A program made the position numbers and the translations under genes. DNA of 61,509 bases, the filler included, from Globobulimina sp. (Eukaryota): the NCBI GenBank assembly GCA_003354225.1. It is 13 parts of 13 records of this genome, joined end to end, with 100 filler letters (N's around TTAATTAATTAA, not from the genome) between each part and the next. Parts side by side here need not be neighbours in the genome. Positions count along the whole stretch, not along the records: positions 9,493 to 14,134 come from PIVH01001036.1; positions 14,235 to 18,875 come from PIVH01001037.1; positions 18,976 to 23,616 come from PIVH01001038.1; positions 23,717 to 28,357 come from PIVH01001039.1; 9 more parts are not named here. The stretch is one strand, 5' to 3'. This document shows, piece after piece, positions 12,407 through 23,835 of the stretch; position 1 is the first letter of the stretch, and every line of letters starts with the position of its first letter. The notes below the pieces were generated by a model. That model was not told the origin of the DNA. It searched no databases and saw only the letters and a program-made list of their open reading frames with translations.

Positions 12407-13076
12407 TTAAATATTATTATCAGAGTTAAATTGAACATATTTTGGAAATCCTTTTTTTAAAATGCTAATCTCAACAATAATGTATCCACAGGACATAGTT
12501 TTATGTGGGAATTTATTATTTCTGTTTAATAGCATTTCTTTTGGATTTTTATATCTTATATTTCCACCAAAAAGCAAACTTGACAACCAATCCGTAGTTG
12601 ATCCACATGGCCTGAATATTGGTATAGATATTTCATGCTTTCCACACTGCATAATTGGCAAATGTATAATTCCGTAACCATCTGTACAAAATTAATTGTA
12701 TATGCATATGAAAATTATATTATTCTTTTTCCGAATATCATGCAATAACTTAACAAAAATCGATTGTTTTGTTGGATGAATATATTTCAACATATAATTT
12801 TGGCAAATTATTTAACGATTTACATCTAAATTCTATGTCAAACGGATGTATCCATACAAACTTTGAATTATATGTTTGAGAAATCCAAGTTTGTCCGGAT
12901 TTATCACCTTTATTAATTATCCAATTATCTTCATTACAGATAATTTCCCATTTGCAAAATGCTGCTGTAGTCTTCTTTAAATATCCTTCCCTGATACTAC
13001 CAATTGCATAAATTGTTGCCGAGGGCTTCAGTAGTTTGGATGTTGATATTTTAGACACAACGAAATCCGCCGACAT
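12407..13076 (-). CDS. B9D2: B9 domain-containing protein 2 (ciliary transition zone, MKS module); intron 12682-12754
   Basis: The spliced product 'FCKWEI...SGQT...WIHPFDIEF...PKLYVEIY...YGYGIIHLP..G.HEI.IPIFRPCGS..D.L...FGG' parallels B9D2 along its length. Confidence 0.85.
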
Positions 13077-13355
13077 GATGCAGTTTTCCTTTTTTCAGTG
13101 TAACAATCATCAGAAACAAATCGTTTTTCTGTTGTTTATCCAGGTTGTTTGTCCTCTTAATCCGGTATATATATCACAAGAAGAAAAGAGAGCATTTAAT
13201 TTTTTATAAATTAAATTAAATTGGTCACAACACATCACAATCGATTAAAACATTAATTGTATCACAACATTGAATGAATATGAATCTTGTATACATCGAT
13301 CCACATCAAACAATACATAGTTGTGATGTAAAAACAATTATAATTTTCTATAATA

Positions 13356-14027
13356 TTATAATTGGAGTTGATTTGGATAACACGCAGTTAGCCATTTGGT
13401 AATTTTCCAAACCAGAACAATTATTCTTTGTTGTTTGGCCGCATCTAAATATCTGCCACGAGCACTTTGTCCATATTGAACACCATGAATTATAGGAAAG
13501 GTCAAAGAATCAATCTCTTTCATGGCTGTTTGCGGGAAATGTTTTAAGTGTTGTAATCTGGGAATAAAATCAGTTAAAGTATAAAATTTGCCATATTTAG
13601 ATTGTGGATGAATGGATTGTTGTTTTAATATGTATTGGCAAACAGATTCACAAAATGTTCGCGCATAAGCCCCATATTTCATATATCCGCCATCATTCGC
13701 TTGAATCTGCTCATAACCAACAATCACATTTTTTAAATAAATCCCTAAATTATCCACTGCGTAATTTTGACGGTTTTTGGTCCATTTATTGTGGTATTTT
13801 TCTAATTCGTCAACACAACTGTAAATAGCGTGGGTAATTTCAATTTTTGTATGTGGCACACCTTCATGTGCTTGTTTTTCATCTTCGTGTAAATATTCAC
13901 AATGAACACCTTTGCTACAATTATCGGCCCAGCGGCAGGCGATTTTGTGTTTTGGTATATGTGGTTTTTTACAATTCTTTCTGGTACATTTGTTGTTTAA
14001 AAAGAAAGTGCAATAGTTGACTGACAT
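13356..14027 (-). CDS. Tandem CCCH zinc-finger protein
   Basis: 'CTFFLNNKCTRKNCKKPH' and 'CRWADNCSKGVHCEYLH' at the N-terminus. Confidence 0.7.
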   Translation of the reverse strand: MSVNYCTFFLNNKCTRKNCKKPHIPKHKIACRWADNCSKGVHCEYLHEDEKQAHEGVPHTKIEITHAIYSCVDELEKYHNKWTKNRQNYAVDNLGIYLKNVIVGYEQIQANDGGYMKYGAYARTFCESVCQYILKQQSIHPQSKYGKFYTLTDFIPRLQHLKHFPQTAMKEIDSLTFPIIHGVQYGQSARGRYLDAAKQQRIIVLVWKITKWLTACYPNQLQL

Positions 14028-14234
14028 AATGCACCGATTGAATGTAGAATTGAAGGAAGAAAAGAGAGTTTTAGAGAAGTAATGAGAAATGTATTAATTT
14101 TAACAGGTTTTTTTTAGTAAAGTTTACAAATTAANNNNNNNNNNNNNNNNNNNNNNNNNNNNNNNNNNNNNNNNNNNNTTAATTAATTAANNNNNNNNNN
14201 NNNNNNNNNNNNNNNNNNNNNNNNNNNNNNNNNN

Positions 14235-15640
14235 TTATTGGCAGTGACCGGGGATTTGTGGACAATCAATTTGTAGCCCGGTAAGTTCCAATTTGGTCGG
14301 CTGACCCTTCTCGTGTCTATTAATAGAATTATATCCAATTTGTGGTGGATTACCAGCTGTTGCATATATGGATGCATTTGGTTTATTTTGGTCTTGGCTT
14401 TTCCATTAATATTAAGGAAGCCAATTGTTAGATTTTTTATTTTTATTTTGGTGGTGGTGAAAGGTTCAATGTTGGGGTCATATATTTGCATGAATGGATA
14501 TTTTAAAATGATTTGCGATATGTCATTCTTATGGGTTTCCAGATTATTGGTGTGTTGCTGTATAGTTTTATTGACCAAGTAATTTTTATACTGCCTTAAA
14601 TTTGTGTTTTGTGTTTGAAATTTATTTATCGCATATTTGTATATCTGATTTAACGATATTATGGCGTTGTTTTTTTGGTTGTTTATCCAGTTATCTCTAT
14701 TTAATGTATACAATTTGATGTTTGCCTCAAAGTGCGTCGCATCCCAGTGATCCTGGATACTTCTTGTATTTGCGTCTGTTGGCACAAACCATTTTATGTG
14801 ATATTTGTTGTGTTTTACCGATTGCTGTAAAACCGGTTCGTTCACTACATAGTGGTTTTTGAGTATAAAAGTGTGTAACTTCAGGATATTACTGGGACTT
14901 TTGCTAAAAGCATGGAGCTGTTGGTATACAGTCTTTTCAACTGTCTCATTAATGTATGGAACCTTCTTGAATCTGAGTTTTATTGTCGATGGAAATTGGC
15001 TGATGATATAGAACTTTATTGGGTGGTATCGGTGTTGCGGCATTCTCAATGTTACCCATCGGAGCGATTTATCCATTATTATTTTGATGTGCCTATAGAA
15101 TTTACGTAGGCGATATTGATGCTTTTCTATGAATTTATACAGTTCTGGGGTGTGTCTGTGCTTTTTTGTGCTAATCATATATCCAGAGACACATTTGGTT
15201 TTGATTACGTGTTGAAAGTGGTTATGGTAATTATGGATGGAAAAGCTGGCTTTTTGCAGCAAAAAGTATCGATTGGTCTGCTTGGTTCTGAGCTGGGATT
15301 GGTTGTGTGTTTGCAGTGCTTGGTGAAGTCGAGCGAAATCGCTGTATTTTTGGGCTAGGTTTGGGTGATAATTCAAATTCAGGGCCAGAGCATGTGTATT
15401 AGATTGAAATTTAAAAGGAATAATATCGATTTTGGTGGATAAAAGAAAGCATTCATCCAACAAATCGCCAACAGGACGGCCATTAAATGGGTATGAAGAG
15501 AGAAGAAACAAAAGCAAATTTAAAAGATATTGGAAGGGGATTAAAAATATTATAAAGTATAAGATTGAAAAAATAAAATTTGAAAGTGTGGGAGAGAGAA
15601 AATAAAGTAAAGGCATAGTTATGCCGACAAGGCTAATCAC
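14235..15640 (-). CDS. ORF2: long N-terminal extension plus start of an APE (EEP-family) endonuclease
   Basis: 'LTIGFLNINGKAKTK...LVIHHKLDILLLIDTR...LPGYKLI' resembles APE motifs I-II. Truncated by the spacer. Confidence 0.6.
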
Positions 15641-15666
15641 ATAGCCATTATTATTAAGAAGAGAGA

Positions 15667-18600
15667 TTATTGGGGTTGGCTCGAATTGGTATTATGAGAG
15701 TTATCATTCTTTGCTTTTTCACTGGAAATGGACTGTTTCTCGGTGACGCTGTATGTGCGACTAATTTTGTATTTGGAGGATAGGTCCATTCCTTCCGTTT
15801 GCTTCGCGATTAACACAGCCAATGCATTCTCATCTAATATTAGCCGATTCTGGTCATCCACAGTGACGACTTTATTAAATATCAAATGGGCGAGGTCATT
15901 GTCTTTAAATTTATCTTTGACTAATTTGTGAAATGTGAATGCCAATTGGTTCATTGTTGACATCTCATCCCATATCACGGCATTACCATTAATGGTCAGA
16001 TTCAAAATGGACGCGAGACCGAATGAGTGATAGTATAAAGTGAGGGTTTGTTCGTTGGGGGCATTGCCATTAAAAGGAACGCCTTTATAACCGTCTTCGT
16101 ATTGGGCTCGCGTTACGTGGCAACCGTTGCATTTTGCTGTTAAATGTCCACATTTCGCTTTGATGTTTGCCTTTGTTAAATGTTTTAATATGTGTTCAAT
16201 AAATGCCGCATCTTTACGGTTCTGGATCATTAGATATTTTCTGTGCTGCTTCGCCTCCACTAATTTTGCGTCAAAGCTCGCACATTTTCCTGGCTGTTGG
16301 CAATACATTGAAGGGCAATGATAGCAGTTTGCGGTTCTGTTGGTACACATCGCGCCCCGCTCCACTGCGTCGTCTGTATATGTTTCTAATATGTTCGCAA
16401 TCATTCCATTAATCACCACCGTGTTGCATGCTAATATCGAGTTTGTATACGGTTTGTTATCATCGACAAGATCCTCCAATGGGACGCCAGTGAGGACATA
16501 AGCGGGCATATTATCAACGCTGAATTTGAAGGTATGATGGTTTGAGTGTGTTTGGTGCGGATGCGGATATCCGATGACATGCAATGCGGTGATTGGCGGA
16601 CACAGCTTTTGAATGATGTAATCCACTTCTTTTTTATGTAAATACGGCGATAGTAAATGGCACGATAATAAGTTGCCATTTACCACTGAATTCTGCATCG
16701 TGCAGAACCACGCTCTGATTTTTTCCATGGTCGGTTGGCGTAGCGGTAAATTAATTAATTTGGGGTCTTTTACGAGGAAACCTAAGCGGTCCCAAAGATA
16801 GGAGAGATTGATACTGTTCACAGCATACCGATTACCGATGTCGACCTGGTCAAATACAGACAGATTTAAATATAAATTAAATTTGTTTCTTAACCACATA
16901 TGTACGCCATTTTTCTTTGTGCCAAATGTTAATGCATTGATTCCATTGGACGTGGCGAGGTACGCTGAATTGTGATAACGTGGCATATTGCCCTGGACAC
17001 GAATAATTAACGGACTTCCATTGATTCTTGCAATATACTGCAACGGCAACTTTTTTCCAACAACATCTGTGATGTAATCTGATAACACCTTATCTGTGGC
17101 TTCAAAAAAGTATCCGGCACTCGTTTTGTTGGCTACGCCATGCAAAGGCCCGACGTATTGTAATATGCCATCTTCATTGCCCTCAATATTGGTTAACGAA
17201 TTATAGAATGCGGTGACTACATAATACTGCGAATACGCGGCCGACTCAAATGTTACAGAAACAGGAGGTAACCTCGGCTGAAGTTGTTGTCTGTTTTTAT
17301 AAACTTGTCCGAGCGCCAATTCTTTGATGAAATCGGCACTTTTACGGATCCAGAGATTGTCTCGGATATGGTCATTGAAATAAACTTTTTCAAATACTAT
17401 GCCAGGATTCAAATTTATCGATAATGTCTCATGGTGTTTCTTTGCGCGGTCCACCCATTTACGCGTGCTGTTATATTGATGGTTCTCGAATTTAACGATG
17501 AGTCCTTTATTGCGCTGGATCTGGCTGGAGATGGTTACTGCGGATGTCAATAATGGCGGTGCTTTGTAGGTCAATTTGGTTTGATCAAACACCAAATTCA
17601 ATCGGTTGAAATCTCTGAACGTCGTAATTTTATTTGGGGTCACCGTGGTGACACATTGTATACGGACCGATTTCGTCTTATCCGGGACGTCTTTAATGCC
17701 CTTAATATATTGTAATCGCGGCGCATGTTTGGATGGGTTCGATATGGAGAATATTCGCACAGTCTTCTTTTCGGGGGCTGCAGCGTCATTCGGTTGATCT
17801 GATTGGGAATGAGTACGTTTGAGGGGATTTTTGTTTTTATTTTTGTTTTTTGGGAATGGTATTTGGGAGGAATCATCATCTCCAAATGTATATTGTTCGT
17901 CGAATGAATCTATTTGTATAAAATGTTGTTTATTTGTGTGTTTATGTTTTGGTGTCAATATACTTTTTAGTATATGCACCTGTTTTTTTTTCGTCTTGCG
18001 ACATTTTATGTTGTATGTGGTATGAGAGAAAGTAAAGGAAAGTTTGTAGTGAGGAAAGAGGTGTGGAAAGAAAGAATTTGTTTTTGATTGTTTGATGAAA
18101 CTAACTGTTTTTTGAGCAAGTTGGGGTAGACTGACAGTACTGTTGTGTTTAGGTAGTTTCTCGTAATGAGTTATATCACAAATGATATTATTATTAGTAT
18201 AAATATAAAGATTAAAATAAACAAAATTAAATACAATAGATATAAAGGTACAAAAAGTGTATACGAAGTCCGAAAGAAATAATATATCAGAATTCACACA
18301 GTTTGGTGGTGTTACAAGGATGGCACATTCTAAGCAGTGATTAATTGCCATCCATGCTGTTTTAGGGACATATGGTGTTCGGGTTTGCTTTTTTGTTGTT
18401 GTCGGTGGTGTGGGATTGTGGTGTTTACGTGTTAGCTCATTCAAAGTGATGTTATTTCGATGCATATAGTTATTTAAAGTGCCTTTTATTTGTGAGGGTG
18501 TCAAGGGAAATATGGTATGATGGTGGTGATGATTTATTTTTTCGTTAATAGTTTGATTTGATTTGATATTTTGTACACGATTATCGTTTTTGTATTGATA

Positions 18601-18735
18601 GCTTGTTTTGACTTTTTTACATTTAGTGGGGGCACAGTTTGTTTTAAATGGGACAGTTCTCCATTGTATTTTGTACGAATTTAGCGGGTTTGGCGTGGGA
18701 ATCATTTCCAATTGGTATTGTATATTACTTTCCAT
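15667..18735 (-). CDS. ORF1-like protein (1022 aa) with Cys/His knuckle-like motifs
   Basis: Intact long ORF with 'CYHCPSMYCQQPGKC', 'KCGHLTAKCNGCH' and a basic NLS-like 'PLKRTHSQ..PEKK'. The true start is uncertain. Confidence 0.55.
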   Translation of the reverse strand: MESNIQYQLEMIPTPNPLNSYKIQWRTVPFKTNCAPTKCKKVKTSYQYKNDNRVQNIKSNQTINEKINHHHHHTIFPLTPSQIKGTLNNYMHRNNITLNELTRKHHNPTPPTTTKKQTRTPYVPKTAWMAINHCLECAILVTPPNCVNSDILFLSDFVYTFCTFISIVFNFVYFNLYIYTNNNIICDITHYEKLPKHNSTVSLPQLAQKTVSFIKQSKTNSFFPHLFPHYKLSFTFSHTTYNIKCRKTKKKQVHILKSILTPKHKHTNKQHFIQIDSFDEQYTFGDDDSSQIPFPKNKNKNKNPLKRTHSQSDQPNDAAAPEKKTVRIFSISNPSKHAPRLQYIKGIKDVPDKTKSVRIQCVTTVTPNKITTFRDFNRLNLVFDQTKLTYKAPPLLTSAVTISSQIQRNKGLIVKFENHQYNSTRKWVDRAKKHHETLSINLNPGIVFEKVYFNDHIRDNLWIRKSADFIKELALGQVYKNRQQLQPRLPPVSVTFESAAYSQYYVVTAFYNSLTNIEGNEDGILQYVGPLHGVANKTSAGYFFEATDKVLSDYITDVVGKKLPLQYIARINGSPLIIRVQGNMPRYHNSAYLATSNGINALTFGTKKNGVHMWLRNKFNLYLNLSVFDQVDIGNRYAVNSINLSYLWDRLGFLVKDPKLINLPLRQPTMEKIRAWFCTMQNSVVNGNLLSCHLLSPYLHKKEVDYIIQKLCPPITALHVIGYPHPHQTHSNHHTFKFSVDNMPAYVLTGVPLEDLVDDNKPYTNSILACNTVVINGMIANILETYTDDAVERGAMCTNRTANCYHCPSMYCQQPGKCASFDAKLVEAKQHRKYLMIQNRKDAAFIEHILKHLTKANIKAKCGHLTAKCNGCHVTRAQYEDGYKGVPFNGNAPNEQTLTLYYHSFGLASILNLTINGNAVIWDEMSTMNQLAFTFHKLVKDKFKDNDLAHLIFNKVVTVDDQNRLILDENALAVLIAKQTEGMDLSSKYKISRTYSVTEKQSISSEKAKNDNSHNTNSSQPQ

Positions 18736-18975
18736 CGGACCATAAATTTCATCTTGATTTGACGTTTCACAAAGAATGAGCCTAACACGCGATAAAGCAT
18801 CGGATAGGCACTGTGAAGAAATCGAGAGTCTGGGTATGGCTTTTGAAGGGGGTAAGGGGAGAACTAGGAAAGTTTNNNNNNNNNNNNNNNNNNNNNNNNN
18901 NNNNNNNNNNNNNNNNNNNTTAATTAATTAANNNNNNNNNNNNNNNNNNNNNNNNNNNNNNNNNNNNNNNNNNNN

Positions 18976-19690
18976 AAAGACCAATCCAACATCCACAAGT
19001 GTCCACGGTTTGATTTTTACTGACACAGAAATCATGACATATAGCCACTGCTATCTTATTCAAATTAAAAGATGGAACTGTTGCTAAATCAGTCCCATAC
19101 ATTTCTTGACACCGTGAATTAGCTTCAGAGTATATTTGTATTGCAAATAAAGCGGATATAATGAAGTTGTTTGAAGATGATATTGTAGTTCCTTCTAGTT
19201 TTACATTGGATAAATAACAGCAATTATCATTGTTACCTGGTGCTGCTGGTAATGTTTCAATTTTGATTCCTATGCCAACATTATTTTCTGTTGTTTTATT
19301 CAATGTTTGTGTATGATTCAAAACATCATTAATTGTTTCATAAAATGGAGTCCAGTCAGAAATGCTATTGTCTGTGCTGTATGAAAATATGCACTTATGT
19401 GATATATTTGTATTTACGTCGAATGTTAATGTGATGTTTTCATAGAGCATCGTAGATGCTATGCGATATGTGTTGCCATCGCAAATCGACCAGCATGTAC
19501 TATTTGTAACAGGACATATATCATCATTGTTCTGCACTGGAATGATGTTCCCTGTCCAATCTGCTTGAGTTGACCCATCATTCATTGGATCACTCCATAT
19601 CGTAACAGATGTCACCATTACCCTTGAAGCTACAAAAAGATGTATAATGCAGCTAAGAATGCACTGCTTCATTCTGGTCAGTTTCTGCAT
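18976..19690 (-). CDS. Secreted/surface protein with C-type lectin-like domain (truncated)
   Basis: Signal-like N-terminus and 'EANSRCQEMYGTDLATV...AICH...CWIGL', the start of a CTL domain. Confidence 0.65.
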
Positions 19691-19807
19691 GTGAGTGGCT
19701 GTGACGTGCCAAATATGAACGTTATTGTTGCAGCATTAAATTCAGGATTTTCATGGTCTTTTTTGAGACTGAAGTTCAGTGGACACATCACGTTCAAATT
19801 AAAAAAA

Positions 19808-20830
19808 TGCACAATATATTGGTATTATTCAGCATCGCAACAGCATTGTCACTAATACGAGCTGAATCTTATACCTGTGCATTAAACCCGCAATGTCCGC
19901 CACCACTATGGGAAGTGACATATAATTTGACCCTCAGCACAATTTGTCAACCAAGTGATGCAAATTATTTTATTCCCCCACCAGACAAACCATGGTGTTT
20001 CGTAAGTTTGGACTGGTCCGTTGCAAAATTACTCAACAGTAGAAGCAACGAGTATTTTGGGCTGCCAACTCATTAAAAATGTATCTACAAATACCAGATG
20101 TATGATTTATCACAATATGGAATTAGCATTACAAGCATTCGAATCGCAAAGAAAGGTAATGTATAATCCAGATTATGCCGACTGGTTCTTACAATATACA
20201 GATGGCAAAGGGAATAAAAACGGTACAATTTATAATGAGCCAAGCGGGCCCGGTGACCAATATTTTTGGGATTTTAGAAACATGGATGCCGCAAATTATT
20301 ACGTTACTTCTGTTATGTCCACAGTCAGTGATCCAGCAGTAGATGGTACATTTACTGATGATGTTTCTGGACTGCCTGAAGAGCATCAAAATGCGCCAAG
20401 AAATATGAAATTATCATCGGTTGAAGTAGCGGATATACAAAAAGCAACGCAAGAAACAAGTGAGAGATTGATAACTGCATTGACTGCAGCTGGCAAATAT
20501 AATTGGCAAGCATTTGGACATAGTGATGGCATTGGTCCCGTATTTCTGAAAGGCAGTGTGCTCAATTTATGAATGCAAATTGTGATAAGAGCACAAATAA
20601 TCCAAACAATTATACATTGACTATGCAGTTTGATGCAAACAATGCACTGCAAAGTTTAGCGGCATTCTTGATCGTCAGAGCTGAATATGCATGGCTTGGA
20701 TTTGGATGGGAATCGGATATGAAAAATTGGAATGAGGTATTTTTATACGATGTTGGTGAGCCGAAAGGACAAACTTTGTAGTCAAGTTACAAATGGTGTT
20801 TATCAAAGGACATGGACGTATGGCAATGTT
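19808..20830 (+). pseudogene. Frameshifted secreted putative glycoside hydrolase (GHL15-like)
   Basis: Signal peptide, then 'FVSLDWS', 'YHNMELAL', 'YFWDFRN...A..Y', 'VDGTFTDD', 'LAAFLIVR..YAWLGFGW', 'YDVGEP', 'GVYQRTWTYG' spread over frame changes near 20025, 20550 and 20775 with no room for introns. Confidence 0.55.
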
Positions 20831-20909
20831 CCACACAGATAAACTTGTGTTTTTTTGCTAAAGATGTAGTAGGGAAAATACAAAACCCAAAAAACTTTAT
20901 CTATCACAC

Positions 20910-22599
20910 TTGACTTCTAAGTTGAAAATAATGAAAGGCAAAAAAGCAGAGAAACATGCGCTATTATCAAATACACGTCCAATAGACAAATCCAGTTGGA
21001 TTTATTGGTCCTGCTTAATCGTTGGATGTGGCACCATACTTGCATATAATTTCATCATTTCAGCAGTAGATTTCCTCGGCGATTTGATACTTTATGTGCA
21101 GGCTGCATATATTTCCGGTGATGTTATAGTGACTTTTTTAGTGATGTTATGTGGTCATTTATCATCAATGAAATCTCAAATACTGGTTAGCTTGATATTA
21201 CTTTGTATCATGATGTTATGCATTCCATTTTTAACTTATGCAGAAATACCACATGTACAGCTGAAAAAGGGGTTGATATTGCCAGTTATTTCCGGCTGTG
21301 TGGGATGTGTAACAGCAATCCTATCATGTGCATTTATTGGTTTTTGTAATCATTTGCCAATCAAATATCTTCAAATTTCGATTACTGGACAAACGATTAG
21401 CGGCGTTATACCTGGTGTCCTACGGATTGTATTTAATGCGATATTGAAGGATCAGCAATCGAAGTCAGATATAGTATATTTTTGTATTGGTGGCGTATTT
21501 TTCATGTTATGTGTCATTGTATTTTTAGTCATTAGCAACACTCGATTCATTGCATATTACTTACAACATAAATCTGTTGATGGTGCAGCGCAAAGAAACA
21601 TATTATCGCAGCAGTCTCAACATCATAGAATAGCATCAATAAAATCCGTCAGAACTGTGCTTTCCGTAAAATCACAGAGTTATAAAGTTAAGAATAGTAA
21701 AAAAAGAAAGAAAAGTAAGAAAAGAGAAGAAATTGAAATTACATCCACTGCAAAAGACTTTATTAACAGTATAAATGAATCGCGATCGGAAACAAAAACT
21801 GTGAATAATCGTAATCCATCATATATGTTAGTATCCAGCGCTAATTTGAATGAAAGTAAACATAATATGTCTATTGAGGAGAAGAAGAATAGTGATGATG
21901 ATGATGATGATGATGATGATGAGGATGATGATGATGGGAAACGGAGTGTAGTCAGTGTGCACACAGCAACTGCAACTGCATCTAACTTGAGATCAGCTAC
22001 ATATTCCGGAGTATGGTCCAAAATTTCTAAGTTGGTCATCACACAGATTTTAATATTTTTTGTCACATTTTTAATGTATCCAGGAATAATTGGTGCATTC
22101 TGCAGTTCTAAATGGCCTACAGTTTTTAACACTGAATGGCCTGTGTTTTTTTTGGTTAAGTGTCCATGTTTTGTCATTTACAAATAATTTTTATATGTTT
22201 TGTCATCTACAAAAATAGCTGGAATTTAATGTTTGTGATTATATTGGAAGGAGATATTTTGCCTCGTTTACAAGTTTTTCATTTTCGAAAAATAATTTAT
22301 GGATTGCATGTGTTTGGAGAATAGTGATGTATCCGATTTTTTTGCTGATGTATTTGGGGCCAAACCCGCCACTTAAACCAAATATGAGTATTATTGTTAT
22401 ATTTACGGCACTTTTAGGAATTACAAATGGACATTTTTGTTGTTTGTGTTTTATTTGGGCGGCATCATTGGTTGAAAAGAATGAGCAACGAATATGTGGA
22501 CACCTTATGAGTTGGGGGGTTGTTATGGGGATTGCAGGTGGGACGTATTTTGCATTACTGATTAAATATCTGTCAAAAGCTGATCCTAACTCTTGTTGA
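20910..22599 (+). CDS. Equilibrative nucleoside transporter (ENT/SLC29); intron 22155-22218
   Basis: 'GCGTILAYNFIISA.D', 'GQTISG', 'FFVTFLMYPG', spliced 'FNVCDYIGR', and 'GITNGH'. Likely start ATG 20931. Confidence 0.85.
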
Positions 22600-22804
22600 T
22601 ATATATATTAAGCAAATCGTGAATCAATTAATTGTTCAAATTACCACAAGTAGTTTCTGAATGGAATATAAATCTATATGTATTCCTATATGTATCCGGA
22701 TGCATATAAGGCTTCTCAATTAATTCCAATCTTCATTCTGGCACTTCGGCAAAGTTTTTGTTGCATTTTTTTAGCTTTGACTGTACCTCACTACTTAAAG
22801 TTGA

Positions 22805-23616
22805 ATGACTCTTTCCACTTATCACACATTTTATACTGAATGGAATACATTTATGTTGCCGTGTATAATCTTTGGTTTACTTTTGTTGAACGCATACAGA
22901 ATTCGAAGAAAGAAGAGAACGTTTTGTTTACTATTAATATTTGTTAATTCATTGTTGCTATTCACTATTTTGGAGGTTTATTATTTTGAACAGTGTCCAA
23001 TTGATCCAGTGCAACGTAAACGCGTTTTACAAGTATTTCATGCAAGTGTGGATGCTTTAAATCATTTAAATGTGGATCATGTTGTTATGTTTGGCACACT
23101 CTTATATGTTTTAAGAAACACTACATTTGGTGGATGGGACCAAGATTCTGATCTCGTTATTATAAAACCTAATGATACTCCGACATTTATCAATAATTTA
23201 AATAAAACGTTGCAATTAATGGGCAAGAATGAAAAGTATGAAATCAAATATTATAAACATCGAAACTTGACTCAAATACGAACAAATAAAGGCGATGGAC
23301 ACTGTGATATTTGGTCATATGTTGCAATTAAAATCAATGGTTCAACAAAGTTAACAAATTATGATTATACCATGGTACATAATGAATACTTGCGAGATAT
23401 GCTATTTCCTGCCAAATATGTCGACTATAATGGGGGAAAAATAGCAGTACCAAATAAAGCACATGAAATGGCAAAATTTCAATTTGGAAACAATTATATG
23501 ATACCATATTATAATAGAATACAATGTTTAGAAAATATTGTAACATTTAGAATTAGTTTGAATAGATGTATTACATATGTTGCAATATTGATATCTGGTA
23601 ATACAATTATTGTCAT
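22805..23616 (+). CDS. LicD/fukutin-like nucleotidyltransferase-fold protein (3' truncated)
   Basis: N-terminal TMs, 'FGTLLYVLR..FGGWDQDSDL' and 'LFPAK......IAVPN'. Confidence 0.75.
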
Positions 23617-23716
23617 NNNNNNNNNNNNNNNNNNNNNNNNNNNNNNNNNNNNNNNNNNNNTTAATTAATTAANNNNNNNNNNNNNNNNNNNNNNNNNNNN
23701 NNNNNNNNNNNNNNNN

Positions 23717-23835
23717 TTCCGCACTTGTAAAAACTGTTCCGCAAAATCACGACTTTGCACTTTGACTTTTCCGCAATGATTGTTCCATAAAACATAGCAA
23801 AAACTCCGCAACTATGTTCCGCAAAAATAGTGCCA
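23717..23835 (+). repeat. Cluster of five TCCGCA motifs (possible transposon subterminal repeats)
   Basis: (T/C)TCCGCA near 23717, 23737, 23769, 23804 and 23817 in otherwise AT-rich DNA. TGTTCCGCAAAA occurs twice. Confidence 0.6.

Larger units (their letters stand above)
14235..18875 (-). mobile_element. Putative non-LTR (LINE-like) retrotransposon, 5' part; RT not included in contig
   Basis: Two long intronless tandem ORFs about 27 bp apart, on an A/C-rich coding strand unlike host genes. ORF2 ends in an APE-endonuclease start. Confidence 0.55.
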
